Positions 1 through 9,717 are shown, numbered from the stretch's first letter. The stretch is DNA of 64,000 nt from Bacteroidetes bacterium 43-93 (GCA_001897855.1 MKUO01000018.1:147513-211512); one strand, 5' to 3'. The notes: generated by a model from the sequence alone, not told the origin. Numbers and translations: made by a program.

Positions 1-204
1 TCACCCGATGGAAATGGAGTATTGATAACAGTATTGCTTTTTTTATTCTGAAAGATACTACGCTCGCGGTTCATTGTCATTTCAAAATAGGGTTGATAAT
101 ATTTACAAACTAAATCACAATGGTGAAAAAACCATGCCATAACAGCAAATAGCATTGATTATCAATCACTCACCAAAAATTTATGGTTTCCGTACCTTTA
201 GCAT

Positions 205-1311
205 ATGTGTGCAGCAATAGCCGCAATACGAAAAATAATCCACGTAGATATGGATGCTTTCTACGCATCTGTAGAGCAAAGGGACCATCCCGAATACAGG
301 GGTAAGCCTATTGTTGTGGGTGGATCGCCGCAAGGACGTGGAGGTGTGGTTGCAACAGCCAGCTATGAAGCACGTAAATATGGTATCAGGTCGGCCATGC
401 CATCTAAAAAGGCTTACGAGTTATGCCCACATGCTATTTTTGTATATCCAAGGTTTGACGCGTACAAAGAAGCTTCTCAAAAAATCAGGGAGATATTTCA
501 CCGGTATACTGATATAATAGAACCCTTATCGCTGGACGAAGCATACCTGGATGTAACACAGGACAAACTGAACATAGGGTCGGCTATACTTATAGCCAAG
601 CAGATAAAACAAGCTATAAAGGATGAGCTGCAATTAACCGCATCTGCAGGCGTTTCCATTAACAAGTTTGTAGCGAAAGTAGCATCTGACCTGAACAAGC
701 CTGATGGGCTGGCTTTTATAGGGCCGGCGGATATTGAGTCCTTTATGGAGAAGCTACCGGTAGAAAAATTTCACGGAGTTGGTAAAGTGACGGCTGAGAA
801 GATGAGGAAAATGAACCTGTTTACCGGTGCCGACCTAAAGAAATTGTCGGAAGACGAACTGGTAAGCTATTTTGGTAAAAGCGGATATTTCTACTACCGG
901 ATAGTGCGTGGTATTGACGACAGAGAAGTGCAGCCAGAACGGGAAACCAAATCGGTAGGTGCAGAAGATACATTTGCCTACGACCTTACCATTGTCGAGG
1001 AGATGGAGCAGGAACTGGAAAAGCTGGCGAAGAAAGTATGCGATCGGCTGGATCGTTACCAACTGAAAGGCCGCACCATTACCCTAAAAGTAAAATACAG
1101 CGATTTTAAACAGATCACCAGAAGCCTCACGCTAATGGAAAGGACCAGTACATTGGAAACAATCCTGGAAACTTCCTGCCAATTGTTAAGAGGTTCTGAA
1201 CCCGAAGGGAAGAAAATACGCCTGTTAGGTATTTCCACCTCCAATTTTACGGAACAGGAGATGAGGCTGAAGAAACCTGAACAATTGAGGTTATTCCCCG
1301 ATAAGGACTAA
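205..1311 (+). CDS. dinB: DNA polymerase IV (Y-family)
   Basis: IIHVDMDAFYASVEQ, SYEARKYG, SLDEAYLD, NKFVAKVAS motifs; little-finger C-terminus; terminal QLRLF clamp-binding-like motif. Confidence 0.97.
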   Translation: MCAAIAAIRKIIHVDMDAFYASVEQRDHPEYRGKPIVVGGSPQGRGGVVATASYEARKYGIRSAMPSKKAYELCPHAIFVYPRFDAYKEASQKIREIFHRYTDIIEPLSLDEAYLDVTQDKLNIGSAILIAKQIKQAIKDELQLTASAGVSINKFVAKVASDLNKPDGLAFIGPADIESFMEKLPVEKFHGVGKVTAEKMRKMNLFTGADLKKLSEDELVSYFGKSGYFYYRIVRGIDDREVQPERETKSVGAEDTFAYDLTIVEEMEQELEKLAKKVCDRLDRYQLKGRTITLKVKYSDFKQITRSLTLMERTSTLETILETSCQLLRGSEPEGKKIRLLGISTSNFTEQEMRLKKPEQLRLFPDKD

Positions 1312-1392
1312 TTAGTCCAGTACGATCATCAGGTTTGCCAGTACTTCGTTGTAGATATCCATATCTGTGTTGTGAGCGATTGTTTGTTGCAT
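1312..1392 (-). CDS. putative 26-aa small protein MQQTIAHNTDMDIYNEVLANLMIVLD (not in ORF track)
   Basis: ATG at 1392 preceded by A-rich ACAAACAAACA; stop abuts the dinB stop exactly. Confidence 0.45.
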   Translation of the reverse strand: MQQTIAHNTDMDIYNEVLANLMIVLD

Positions 1393-1520
1393 TGTTTGTT
1401 TGTTTGTAACGCAATATTAAATCGGCCAGCAACGACAACATAAAAATCAAGCGTCGTTAACAATTGATTTACATCTTACTAACAGGCAATTAGCAATCAG
1501 GATATCACTGCAAAACATTA

Positions 1521-2249
1521 TTAATACCCATAGATAATTTCCCGATGCTGTGTCCATTGAACTATGCCATTGTACACGGAGGTACAGGTAATATAGTTAC
1601 CATGTTCATCGTAAGCATATTCAAACCGCTCTTCTGCAGCCGTAACCTTAGGGGCTTCTGATTGCTGATCGTATTCCTTCATCATTACCTTCACGGGATT
1701 GTGATGGTCATCATAACTAATTACGTATTTACCTGCCAATATATCGCCGGGGAGTAATACCTCTTTCATAACCGTTCCGTCGGGATTATAAGTGAAACGG
1801 TCTGTATATTTTACAGCTATCATGTCGCTATAATACTCAATGCTGCTTACCCGATTCTGCGCATCGTAGGAGTATACCTTTCTGGAAGGTGGTGGGGGCC
1901 CGTAGGAACTGCTCAATACCTGGACATTATTTGCCTCTTGCTTATATACACTCACGGTATTGAAAATAGGCTGATATATTACCACATCCTTATCGTTCAT
2001 ATTTTGCACAACTACTTGCTGAATAGGGTAATTTTTATGAACACTCTCTGAAAAGGTGGTGATAGTGCGACGATTGATATTAGGCTCATATAAAATTGTG
2101 GACTGTGACCGACGTGTGCCATCGGGGTTGGTATAATAACTCAGCACATGAATTATAGTATCATTAAGGGCGAGTGCATCGGGGTAGTATTGCTCTTGCG
2201 CGTGTGCCGGCAATGTTGCAATTAATAGTAATGGGATCAGAAATTTCAT
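1521..2249 (-). CDS. secreted hypothetical protein with YD-like repeats
   Basis: signal peptide ...PAHA|Q; repeats YSYDAQNR, FTYNPDG, SYDDHHN, YAYDEHGN. Confidence 0.7.
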   Translation of the reverse strand: MKFLIPLLLIATLPAHAQEQYYPDALALNDTIIHVLSYYTNPDGTRRSQSTILYEPNINRRTITTFSESVHKNYPIQQVVVQNMNDKDVVIYQPIFNTVSVYKQEANNVQVLSSSYGPPPPSRKVYSYDAQNRVSSIEYYSDMIAVKYTDRFTYNPDGTVMKEVLLPGDILAGKYVISYDDHHNPVKVMMKEYDQQSEAPKVTAAEERFEYAYDEHGNYITCTSVYNGIVQWTQHREIIYGY

Positions 2250-2301
2250 ATGTAGGATGTTTCAATAAATATATAAAAAATTTAACCCTGCCCCAAATAA
2301 A

Positions 2302-2324
2302 AACGGCGCTCATTGAGCGCCGTT
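2302..2324 (-). terminator. intrinsic terminator of ahcY
   Basis: AACGGCGCTC-ATT-GAGCGCCGTT hairpin followed by a T-run on the minus strand. Confidence 0.75.
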
Positions 2325-2344
2325 CCATATGATGAGATGAACTA

Positions 2345-3673
2345 TTAATAACGATAGTGATCTGCTTTGTATGGGCCATCTTTTGCAATACCCAGGTAGT
2401 TTGCCTGTGCATCAGTAAGTACATCCAGCTCTACGCCTATTTTAGCAAGGTGCAGGCGGGCTACTTTCTCATCGAGGTGTTTAGGCAGCACATATACCTT
2501 GTTCTCGTAGTTGCTATGGTTAGCCCACAGTTCTATTTGAGCCAGTGTTTGGTTGCTGAAAGAGTTACTCATTACAAATGACGGATGGCCTGTAGCACAA
2601 CCCAGGTTTACCAGGCGGCCTTCTGCCAGTACGATCACATCTTTACCATCGATAGTGTACAGATCAACCTGTGGCTTGATGGTATTTTTTGTATTGCCGT
2701 AAGCTTTGTTCAGCCAAGCCATATCTATTTCGATATCGAAGTGGCCGATATTACAAACGATCGCTTTATCCTTCATCAGGCGGAAGTGTTGCTCTGTGAT
2801 CAGGTCACGACAACCCGAAGCTGTAACGATGATATCTGCTTCCTTAACAGCATCCACCATTTTCTTTACTTCAAAGCCATCCATTGCAGCCTGCAGTGCG
2901 CAGATAGGATCGATCTCTGTAACAATAACACGGGCACCTGCACCACGCAGAGATTCAGCAGAACCCTTACCCACATCGCCATAACCACCTACAACAGCTA
3001 CTTTACCAGCCATCATCACATCTGTAGCACGACGGATAGAGTCTACCAGTGATTCTTTACAACCGTATTTGTTATCGAACTTAGACTTAGTAACAGAATC
3101 GTTTACGTTGATAGCAGGGATAGGTAATGTACCTTTCTGCATCCTTTCGTAAAGACGGTGTACACCTGTTGTAGTTTCTTCACTTAGGCCTTTGATATGC
3201 TGTACCAGCTCGGTATAGTTATCAAACACCATATTGGTAAGATCGCCACCATCATCGAGGATCATATTCAGCGGGCGGTCTTCGCCACCAAAGAACAATG
3301 TTTGCTCGATACACCAGTCAGCTTCTGCCTGTGTTTGTCCTTTCCATGCATATACACCGATACCGGCAGCAGCTATAGCAGCGGCAGCGTGATCTTGTGT
3401 AGAAAATATATTACAAGAGCTCCATTTTACTTCAGCACCCAGTTCTACCAGTGTTTCTATCAACACAGCAGTCTGGATGGTCATGTGGAGGCAACCAGCT
3501 ATGCGAGCACCTTTCAATGGTTTTTGTGCACCATATTCTGCACGGATAGACATAAGGCCTGGCATTTCTGCTTCCGCCAGTTTTATTTCTTTACGGCCCC
3601 ATTCTGCAAGGCTCATGTCTTTTACCTTATACGGTAATTTAAAATCAATTTGTGAACGAGTCATTGTACTCAT
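2345..3673 (-). CDS. ahcY: S-adenosyl-L-homocysteine hydrolase
   Basis: [53 protein letters not shown] motifs. Confidence 0.98.
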   Translation of the reverse strand: MSTMTRSQIDFKLPYKVKDMSLAEWGRKEIKLAEAEMPGLMSIRAEYGAQKPLKGARIAGCLHMTIQTAVLIETLVELGAEVKWSSCNIFSTQDHAAAAIAAAGIGVYAWKGQTQAEADWCIEQTLFFGGEDRPLNMILDDGGDLTNMVFDNYTELVQHIKGLSEETTTGVHRLYERMQKGTLPIPAINVNDSVTKSKFDNKYGCKESLVDSIRRATDVMMAGKVAVVGGYGDVGKGSAESLRGAGARVIVTEIDPICALQAAMDGFEVKKMVDAVKEADIIVTASGCRDLITEQHFRLMKDKAIVCNIGHFDIEIDMAWLNKAYGNTKNTIKPQVDLYTIDGKDVIVLAEGRLVNLGCATGHPSFVMSNSFSNQTLAQIELWANHSNYENKVYVLPKHLDEKVARLHLAKIGVELDVLTDAQANYLGIAKDGPYKADHYRY

Positions 3674-3719
3674 ATCCTGTTTATTCAGTTTTTTTTTCAG
3701 TTTTGTAAATACAGAAGCG

Positions 3720-3727
3720 CAAAGGTA
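3720..3727 (-). promoter_or_regulatory. Bacteroidota sigma70 -7 element for ahcY
   Basis: TACCTTTG matches TAnnTTTG, about 47 nt upstream of the start. Confidence 0.7.
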
Positions 3728-3806
3728 GCTAATTCCCTATCATTAACCTATTAAATAATATGACAGGCTACCCGGGTATTATTAACCAATAAGATGGCTT
3801 TTTGTT

Positions 3807-4673
3807 CTATAACCAACCGTTAATTTTTTCGGCGGTGGCATCTGTTACCGGTACTATCGGCAGGCGCATTACATTCTTGCAAAGCCCCATTTTGCTCAGC
3901 ACATACTTAACGCCTGCAGGGTTTCCATCGGCAAACAACAACCTGATACCCTCCAACAGGCGATAATGCATTGTTTTTGCAGCATCGAAGTTGCCATCTA
4001 GTGCATTGTTTACCATGGTAGTAAAGTCTTTGGTAAAACAATTGGCAGCTACAGATATTACCCCTTCCATACCTAAGGCTATCTGCGGCAGTACCAGGTC
4101 ATCATCGCCAGATAAAACAGCAAAATGAGCAGGCTTACCGGCAACAAGATCCATACATTGAGACATATTGCCGCTGGCTTCTTTAATAGCAACTATGTTT
4201 TTAAAATCATTCGCCAATCGTAATGATGTAGCGGGCAGCATATTAGTAACCGTACGGCCGGGAACGTTGTAAAGAATGATAGGTTTATCTGTGCTATTTG
4301 CGATAGCCCTGAAATGCTGATACAACCCTTCCTGTGTAGGCTTGTTGTAATAAGGCACTACGCTAAGAATGCCGGAAACGCCACTAAGGTTGTAATCTTT
4401 TAGCTGCTGCAACACTTCTGCAGTGTTATTACCACCAATACCACATACCACGGGCACACGATTGCCACACTTAGCTACGATGCAAGACAGTACGTCCTTC
4501 TTTTCTTCTGCGGTAAGGGTTGGGGTTTCGCCCGTGGTGCCGAGGGCTACCAGGTAGTTTACGCCGTTATTGATCACGTAGTCTACCAAATTCTCCAGGG
4601 CAGGATAATCGATACTGCCATCTTCGTTAAAGGGAGTTACCAATGCTACTCCCGTACCGCGGAAAAGATTCAT
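3807..4673 (-). CDS. dapA: 4-hydroxy-tetrahydrodipicolinate synthase
   Basis: GTTGE, LYNVPGRT, IKEASG motifs; start moved to MNLFRGTG; TAACTTTG at 4718-4725 upstream. Confidence 0.95.
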   Translation of the reverse strand: MNLFRGTGVALVTPFNEDGSIDYPALENLVDYVINNGVNYLVALGTTGETPTLTAEEKKDVLSCIVAKCGNRVPVVCGIGGNNTAEVLQQLKDYNLSGVSGILSVVPYYNKPTQEGLYQHFRAIANSTDKPIILYNVPGRTVTNMLPATSLRLANDFKNIVAIKEASGNMSQCMDLVAGKPAHFAVLSGDDDLVLPQIALGMEGVISVAANCFTKDFTTMVNNALDGNFDAAKTMHYRLLEGIRLLFADGNPAGVKYVLSKMGLCKNVMRLPIVPVTDATAEKINGWL

Positions 4674-4764
4674 CTTTTGTGTTTTGTTGTAGTATTTATT
4701 AAAAAGAATAATGGGTACAAAGTTACTGTGTACCCATTTTAAATAATCCGTTTTTATTTGTTGC

Positions 4765-5739
4765 CTATGCGCCGGGTACCTGCTCTGGCAATTCATCATA
4801 GAAGCCCATCTTCGAGAATTTCTCTATACGTTCTTCTATACGCTGGTCGGCCGACTTTGAAGACAGCTCTGATAAAGTCTTCAATAAATAATTCTTTACC
4901 GTTTCGGCCATTTCCTCGGGCTTGGCATGTGCACCGCCAACAGGCTCGGGCAATACGCCGTCTACGAGGCCGAAGGAGCTCATGTCCTCTGAAGTAAGTT
5001 TTAATTCTTCGGCAGCTTTCTCTTTAAAATTCCAGCTGCGCCAAAGGATGGAAGAGCAAGATTCCGGAGAGATCACAGTGTACCATGTATTTTCCAACAT
5101 TACTACTTTATCACCTATTCCAATACCTAAGGCACCACCTGAGGCCCCTTCGCCAATGATAATACAGATAACAGGCACTTTGAGGTTTACCATCTCGAAA
5201 AGGTTCCTTGCGATAGCCTCACCTTGTCCACGTTCTTCCGCCTCCAGGCCGGGATAGGCGCCGGGAGTATCTATAAGAGTAATAATAGGACGATTGAATT
5301 TCTCTGCCATCTTCATCAGGCGCAAAGCCTTACGGTATCCTTCAGGATTGGCCATACCGAAATTGCGCAGCTGGCGCATTTTGGTATTGGTGCCTTTTTG
5401 CTGGCCTATTACCATTACAGGCATACCATCGAGTTCTGCCATACCACCCACCATAGCTTTATCATCACGCACCTGGCGATCTCCATAGAGCTCGACGAAG
5501 TTGGAGAACATTTTTTCTATGTAGTATAAAGTATATGGACGCTCAGGATGGCGGCTCAGCTGCACACGTTGCCAGGGAGTAAGATTCTGATATATCTGTT
5601 CCCTTGTTTTTTCGATAGTAGATTCCAGTTCTTTAATAGATGAGCTTACATCTACCTGGTTCTTAGCCGACATTTCCTTCAGCTTATTCATTTGCGCATA
5701 TAGTTCTTCCAGCGGCTTTTCGAAATCAAGAAACTGCAT
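4765..5739 (-). CDS. accA: acetyl-CoA carboxylase carboxyltransferase alpha subunit
   Basis: [35 protein letters not shown] motifs; TACTTTTG at 5761-5768 upstream. Confidence 0.97.
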   Translation of the reverse strand: MQFLDFEKPLEELYAQMNKLKEMSAKNQVDVSSSIKELESTIEKTREQIYQNLTPWQRVQLSRHPERPYTLYYIEKMFSNFVELYGDRQVRDDKAMVGGMAELDGMPVMVIGQQKGTNTKMRQLRNFGMANPEGYRKALRLMKMAEKFNRPIITLIDTPGAYPGLEAEERGQGEAIARNLFEMVNLKVPVICIIIGEGASGGALGIGIGDKVVMLENTWYTVISPESCSSILWRSWNFKEKAAEELKLTSEDMSSFGLVDGVLPEPVGGAHAKPEEMAETVKNYLLKTLSELSSKSADQRIEERIEKFSKMGFYDELPEQVPGA

Positions 5740-5845
5740 TCTGTTATTCGTTTAGAGATACAAAAGTAAGTGTTTGATTTTTTTTAAAAGAAGATTTGCA
5801 GAATTCAAAAATTTGCGTTTATCTTTGCAACCCCAACGGGAACAA

Positions 5846-5919
5846 GGATCGGTAGTTCAGTTGGTTAGAATGCCGCCCTGTCACGGCGGAGGTCGCGGGT
5901 TCGAGTCCCGTCCGGTCCG
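5846..5919 (+). tRNA. tRNA-Asp(GTC)
   Basis: acceptor GGATCGG/CCGGTCC, D-loop AGTTGGTTAGA, anticodon loop CTGTCAC, TTCGAGT T-loop; TATCTTTG promoter at 5820-5827. Confidence 0.97.
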
Positions 5920-5956
5920 CAAGAAGCCTTACAGCAATGTGAGGCTTTTTTGTTTT
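5920..5956 (+). repeat. post-tRNA terminator-like hairpin, copy R1
   Basis: CAAGAAGCCTTACAGCAATGTGAGGCTTTTTTGTTTT; identical 37 bp at 7034-7070. Confidence 0.9.
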
Positions 5957-6014
5957 GCGGTTTACGCATAATATGTCTTTTCGTACATTACAGCAGTCCA
6001 ACGCTTAACGTGAG

Positions 6015-6863
6015 ATGTCAAATATATTCGGTAAAACTATTCGTATTTTCTTGGTTGATGGTACAACTAATGGATTAACAACAGCAGAACTAAGTAACTG
6101 GACAGGCATTGGAATTAAGGTCCCTAGAATAAAGATAAGGGAATATAGTAGTCGGTCTGAGTTCCAACGACCAGGTGTGTATATACTAATAGGCAAAGAT
6201 GATTCAAACGGAGATTCGGCTTACATCGGCGAAGCAGAAGTCATTTATGAGCGATTATTGCAACAAATTTCAAATAAAGAGTTTTGGAACGAGGTCATTT
6301 TCTTTGGCAGTAAAGACAAATATCTTAACAAAGCAAGTGTAAAATATTTGGAAAGCAGGCTTTTTGAAATGGCTCAAGGTGTTGGTAGATATACACTCAC
6401 ACAAAACACACCTAGCAAACCGGAATTATCAGAAGCAGAATTAGCTGAACTAGAAGAGTTTTTGTCGAATATAAAAGTTCTAACTGCTACTTTAGGACAC
6501 AAAATTTTTGAATCTCTTGTTGAAACTATTGAAAGCAATAAAGTAAAAGAAGAGGTTTTTTATTGTAAGAATGGTGCAGGTGCAAGCGGTAAAGGCAGCC
6601 CATCTACTGAAGGATTTGTTCTTTTTAAAGATTCATTATTGATAATTCAAGAACAACCTTCATTAACCGAAAGTATTCGAAATGAAAGAAAGAAAATGTT
6701 AGGAGAAGGGATACTAATGCCGCAAGATAATTTTTATCGCCTTACAAAGGACTATGTTTTCAATTCGTCATCGCGAGCAGCTGCAGCAACCCTTGCTCGT
6801 TCAGCAAGCGGTCCCCTAGAATGGAAAACCGAGACTGGTATACAATTAAAACAGTTTGAATAA
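6015..6863 (+). CDS. GIY-YIG nuclease family protein with DUF4357-like C-terminal domain
   Basis: PGVYIL...AYIGEAE..YERL and KYLE motifs; C-terminal FNSSSRAAAATLARSASGPLEWK. Confidence 0.8.
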   Translation: MSNIFGKTIRIFLVDGTTNGLTTAELSNWTGIGIKVPRIKIREYSSRSEFQRPGVYILIGKDDSNGDSAYIGEAEVIYERLLQQISNKEFWNEVIFFGSKDKYLNKASVKYLESRLFEMAQGVGRYTLTQNTPSKPELSEAELAELEEFLSNIKVLTATLGHKIFESLVETIESNKVKEEVFYCKNGAGASGKGSPSTEGFVLFKDSLLIIQEQPSLTESIRNERKKMLGEGILMPQDNFYRLTKDYVFNSSSRAAAATLARSASGPLEWKTETGIQLKQFE

Positions 6864-6892
6864 GCTGTACATCTTCTATCAAATCGCACGCT

Positions 6893-7024
6893 CTATATCG
6901 CTTTAATAAACATACCGGTAGCAGTCTTAGCCGGTAAGCATCTATAGTCGCGCAGATATTGCAAATGAATATTTTCACCCAGTTCCGCCTCGCTTATGGT
7001 TATTGTATCCCTGCACATAGTGTT
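6893..7024 (-). pseudogene. decayed 3' fragment of a hemN homolog
   Basis: three frames give NTMCRDTITISEAELG / KIFICNICATIDAY / KTATGMFIKAI*, matching resident HemN NLMCRDTTTISEADLG / KLFIRNICATLDAY / KTTSGMFSKAI*. Confidence 0.85.
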
Positions 7025-7033
7025 AAAGAAAGA

Positions 7034-7070
7034 CAAGAAGCCTTACAGCAATGTGAGGCTTTTTTGTTTT
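7034..7070 (+). repeat. post-tRNA hairpin copy R2
   Basis: 37-bp exact copy of 5920-5956. Confidence 0.9.
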
Positions 7071-7275
7071 TATTTTAAAAAATCATTGCCAACTAATATC
7101 AATCAATGTCAACCATTCTGGGTACCCATTTTTTTTCATCAATTTTAGGTATGTCCTCAGCTTCGGTGCAAGGCGGTTCATGGAATTGAAAAAGAACAAT
7201 TGATGGTATGCGGCCAAGATATTATCTAAAGAATTACAGTACTTGAAATTGAACGAATTGGTGAGCCGCAAAGTA

Positions 7276-8268
7276 TTAAGCGACTCCATCAATATCTACC
7301 ACAACCTTTCCTTTTGCAACGGCCTTATCCAATGCTTCAAAGGCTAGGTCGATCTCTTCTAAACGATAACGACCTGAATCAATAAGTGGTCTTAATTTAT
7401 TTGCTTCAATTAGCCGGGCTGCCTCCGATAGTATTTGGCCGTGATGAGCCCTACCCTTGCCGGAAATTAAAGGATATAAGGTGAATACTCCTGAATAGGT
7501 TGCACTACGGAAAGAAAGGGGCGCTAAGCTGTGGGTACCCCACCCAAGAATGCTTAAAACATGTCCGGTATAACGTTTAGCGGATTGGAACGACTGATCC
7601 AGCACCGTACCACCTACCGTGTCGAACACCACGTCAAAGCCTTCACCGCCAGTATACTTTTCCAGATATTCATCCACGCTGCTATGGGTGTAATCTATCG
7701 GTGTTGCGCCATAACTTTTAATAAGGTCAAATTTATCTGGTGTTACGGTGCTATATACGTCAGCGCCTTTCGCTTTAGCGATCTGAATGGCGACATGACC
7801 AACACCTCCCGCACCGCCATGAATAAGCACGGTCTGTCCTTTGTGTACCCCAGCATGATCAACTAATCCTTCCCAAGCTGTTATCAAAACCAGGGGGAGA
7901 CCAGCTGCATCATGAAATGAAAGATTATCAGGTTTTATCGCCAGCAGATCCGCATCGGCTGCTACATATTCGGCTAATGAACCAGGATTATTACCGATGC
8001 CGCCAATCATGCCATAAACCTCGTCACCCGGTTTAAACTTTGCCACACCATCCCCTACTGCTTCCACTATGCCACTCATATCCATACCTAATATTGCAGG
8101 AAGTTTGGTTTGAGCATGGGTTGCTCTACCGGCCTTTATTTTTATATCGAGTGGATTAATGCCACTGGCAGCAATACGTACTAGTACTTGTCCTTTCCCC
8201 GGTGTCGGTTTTCTAATTTCTTTCAGTTGCAGCGGTGTATTGTAGCTTTCTAACACTAATGCTTTCAT
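7276..8268 (-). CDS. zinc-binding alcohol dehydrogenase / NADPH:quinone reductase family (MDR)
   Basis: MKALV start, SGINPLD, GDEVYG, HGGAGGVGH, GKVVV motifs. Confidence 0.9.
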   Translation of the reverse strand: MKALVLESYNTPLQLKEIRKPTPGKGQVLVRIAASGINPLDIKIKAGRATHAQTKLPAILGMDMSGIVEAVGDGVAKFKPGDEVYGMIGGIGNNPGSLAEYVAADADLLAIKPDNLSFHDAAGLPLVLITAWEGLVDHAGVHKGQTVLIHGGAGGVGHVAIQIAKAKGADVYSTVTPDKFDLIKSYGATPIDYTHSSVDEYLEKYTGGEGFDVVFDTVGGTVLDQSFQSAKRYTGHVLSILGWGTHSLAPLSFRSATYSGVFTLYPLISGKGRAHHGQILSEAARLIEANKLRPLIDSGRYRLEEIDLAFEALDKAVAKGKVVVDIDGVA

Positions 8269-8364
8269 AATCTTTTTATTTTTGATCATAAGTCAAATTT
8301 CTTGCATAAGCACTATTCAATTGTTGTACTTTTACATGTTTCTGGTGTATAATTATACCGTAGC

Positions 8365-9207
8365 ATGGATCACCTGAGGGAACCTTTCGAACTTGTGCTA
8401 AAAGAATACCTGGATGTTTGCCCCCGTGGACAGCATACCCATGCCTTTTTTGAGATGGTTTATATAGTAGATGGTACCGGCTCTCAGAAGATTAATGAGC
8501 TAACGTTTGATTACGAGCCAGGCAACCTGTTTCTGGTAGCACCAAATGATAGCCATGTATTTAAGATCAACAAACCTTCTCAGTTCTTTTTCATTCGCTT
8601 CAATAACGTTTTTGTGCAAGCCTCCAAGAAGGATAAAGATCTGATACAACGGTTAGAACTCATTTTACAGAATGCGCGGCTTGATCCGGGCTGTATCCTA
8701 AGAACCGAACAGGACCGGGACGCAGTAAAAAATCTGATGCATATACTGATACAAGAACATCTTCGCAGAGATCTCTATCACAAAGAGCTGATTCTGCAAC
8801 TGGTTAATACTTTGTTGGTAATAGTCGCCAGGAACATTGCAAATGCCTACCCAAAAGAAATCAATGAGGCAAGTGAGGATAAGATGCTAGCGATGCTCCA
8901 GCATATCCAAGCCAATATTTACTACCCTGAAAAGTTGAGGGCAGAAACGCTAAGCACTCATTTTAGTATTTCTGAGACCTACCTTGGCAGATATTTTAAA
9001 AAACATACTGGCGAAACCCTACAGCAATACATTTTAAAGTACAAGCTCAAATTGATTGAGACCCGATTGCTTCATAGCAATATGCGAATCAACGAAATTG
9101 CGGATGAATTTGGCTTTACGGATAAAAGCCATCTAAACCGTATTTTTAAAAAATATCGGGGTATAAGTCCGGGGGACTTCAAACGGAGAGGTAATAAGTT
9201 CAACTGA
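8365..9207 (+). CDS. AraC family transcriptional regulator (cupin + HTH)
   Basis: HTHAFFE cupin; YLGRYFKKHTG and GFTDKSHLNRIFKKYRGISP HTH; divergent from the MDR gene. Confidence 0.92.
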   Translation: MDHLREPFELVLKEYLDVCPRGQHTHAFFEMVYIVDGTGSQKINELTFDYEPGNLFLVAPNDSHVFKINKPSQFFFIRFNNVFVQASKKDKDLIQRLELILQNARLDPGCILRTEQDRDAVKNLMHILIQEHLRRDLYHKELILQLVNTLLVIVARNIANAYPKEINEASEDKMLAMLQHIQANIYYPEKLRAETLSTHFSISETYLGRYFKKHTGETLQQYILKYKLKLIETRLLHSNMRINEIADEFGFTDKSHLNRIFKKYRGISPGDFKRRGNKFN

Positions 9208-9221
9208 AACAGCGGCCAATT

Positions 9222-9254
9222 GAAAGACAAGAAGCCTACAGCAATGTGAGGCTT
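9222..9254 (+). repeat. degenerate hairpin copy R3
   Basis: GAAAGACAAGAAGCCTACAGCAATGTGAGGCTT; one T lost, no U-tract; shares the GAAAGA prefix with R2. Confidence 0.85.
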
Positions 9255-9306
9255 CATAGTCTTACAAATCCAATCATCTACGCCTTTATATTCAATAGAT
9301 GTAAGC

Positions 9307-9717
9307 CTATACTTTGCCCTCAAACTTTTTGATGGCATCGGTACTGACAGGGGTAAAAAAATTGACCAGGTTCCCATCCGGATCACGGAACAATAGCGAG
9401 CGGTTGCCCCATGGCATTGTCTTTGGTTCCTGCACTAAATAGGGTGCCAGGAACGCAGATTGCTCCCAGTAGATCTTGTCCACATCTGTTGTTATAAATT
9501 CTATTATTGCCGTGTGGTTTTCGGCAGCCTTCGCTACTTCTGATCCGCCGAAGAGCTGTAACGTTCTTGTACTGCCGATAGCCAGTGTTCCGCTAGCAGT
9601 TTGAAGCTCGGCAAAGTCTTCGGTATAACGCATGCCTTTAACCTGAGTTATGCGCTCATAAAATTCTAAGAGTTTACTGACATTTTCAGTAATGACCCTG
9701 ATGGAAACGAGATTCAT
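9307..9717 (-). CDS. VOC/glyoxalase family protein
   Basis: PKTMPWGNRSLLFRDPDGNLVNF motif. Confidence 0.9.
   Translation of the reverse strand: MNLVSIRVITENVSKLLEFYERITQVKGMRYTEDFAELQTASGTLAIGSTRTLQLFGGSEVAKAAENHTAIIEFITTDVDKIYWEQSAFLAPYLVQEPKTMPWGNRSLLFRDPDGNLVNFFTPVSTDAIKKFEGKV

Noticed and set aside
1-204. SOS/LexA box upstream of dinB; palindrome TTGATTATCAA near 156-166
   Set aside because: No GGA-N5-TCC-type site found; the palindrome is short, AT-rich and unsupported
1247-1450. 67-aa ORF from the track overlapping the dinB end
   Set aside because: Overlaps dinB by 65 nt; the 26-aa frame at 1312-1392 has better start context and no overlap
2357-3728. Several plus-strand ORFs of 74-155 aa opposite ahcY, and similar shadows opposite the barrel, tape measure, tube and capsid genes
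   Set aside because: Antisense shadows of strongly supported genes; no motifs or initiation signals
3674-3806. SAH riboswitch upstream of ahcY
   Set aside because: Leader is short (about 40 nt after the -7 element) and lacks the conserved SAH riboswitch elements
5920-9254. Three repeats as a CRISPR array or classical integron attC sites
   Set aside because: Spacing is 1-2 kb with whole genes between; no cas genes, no intI, no RYYYAAC/GTTRRRY cores
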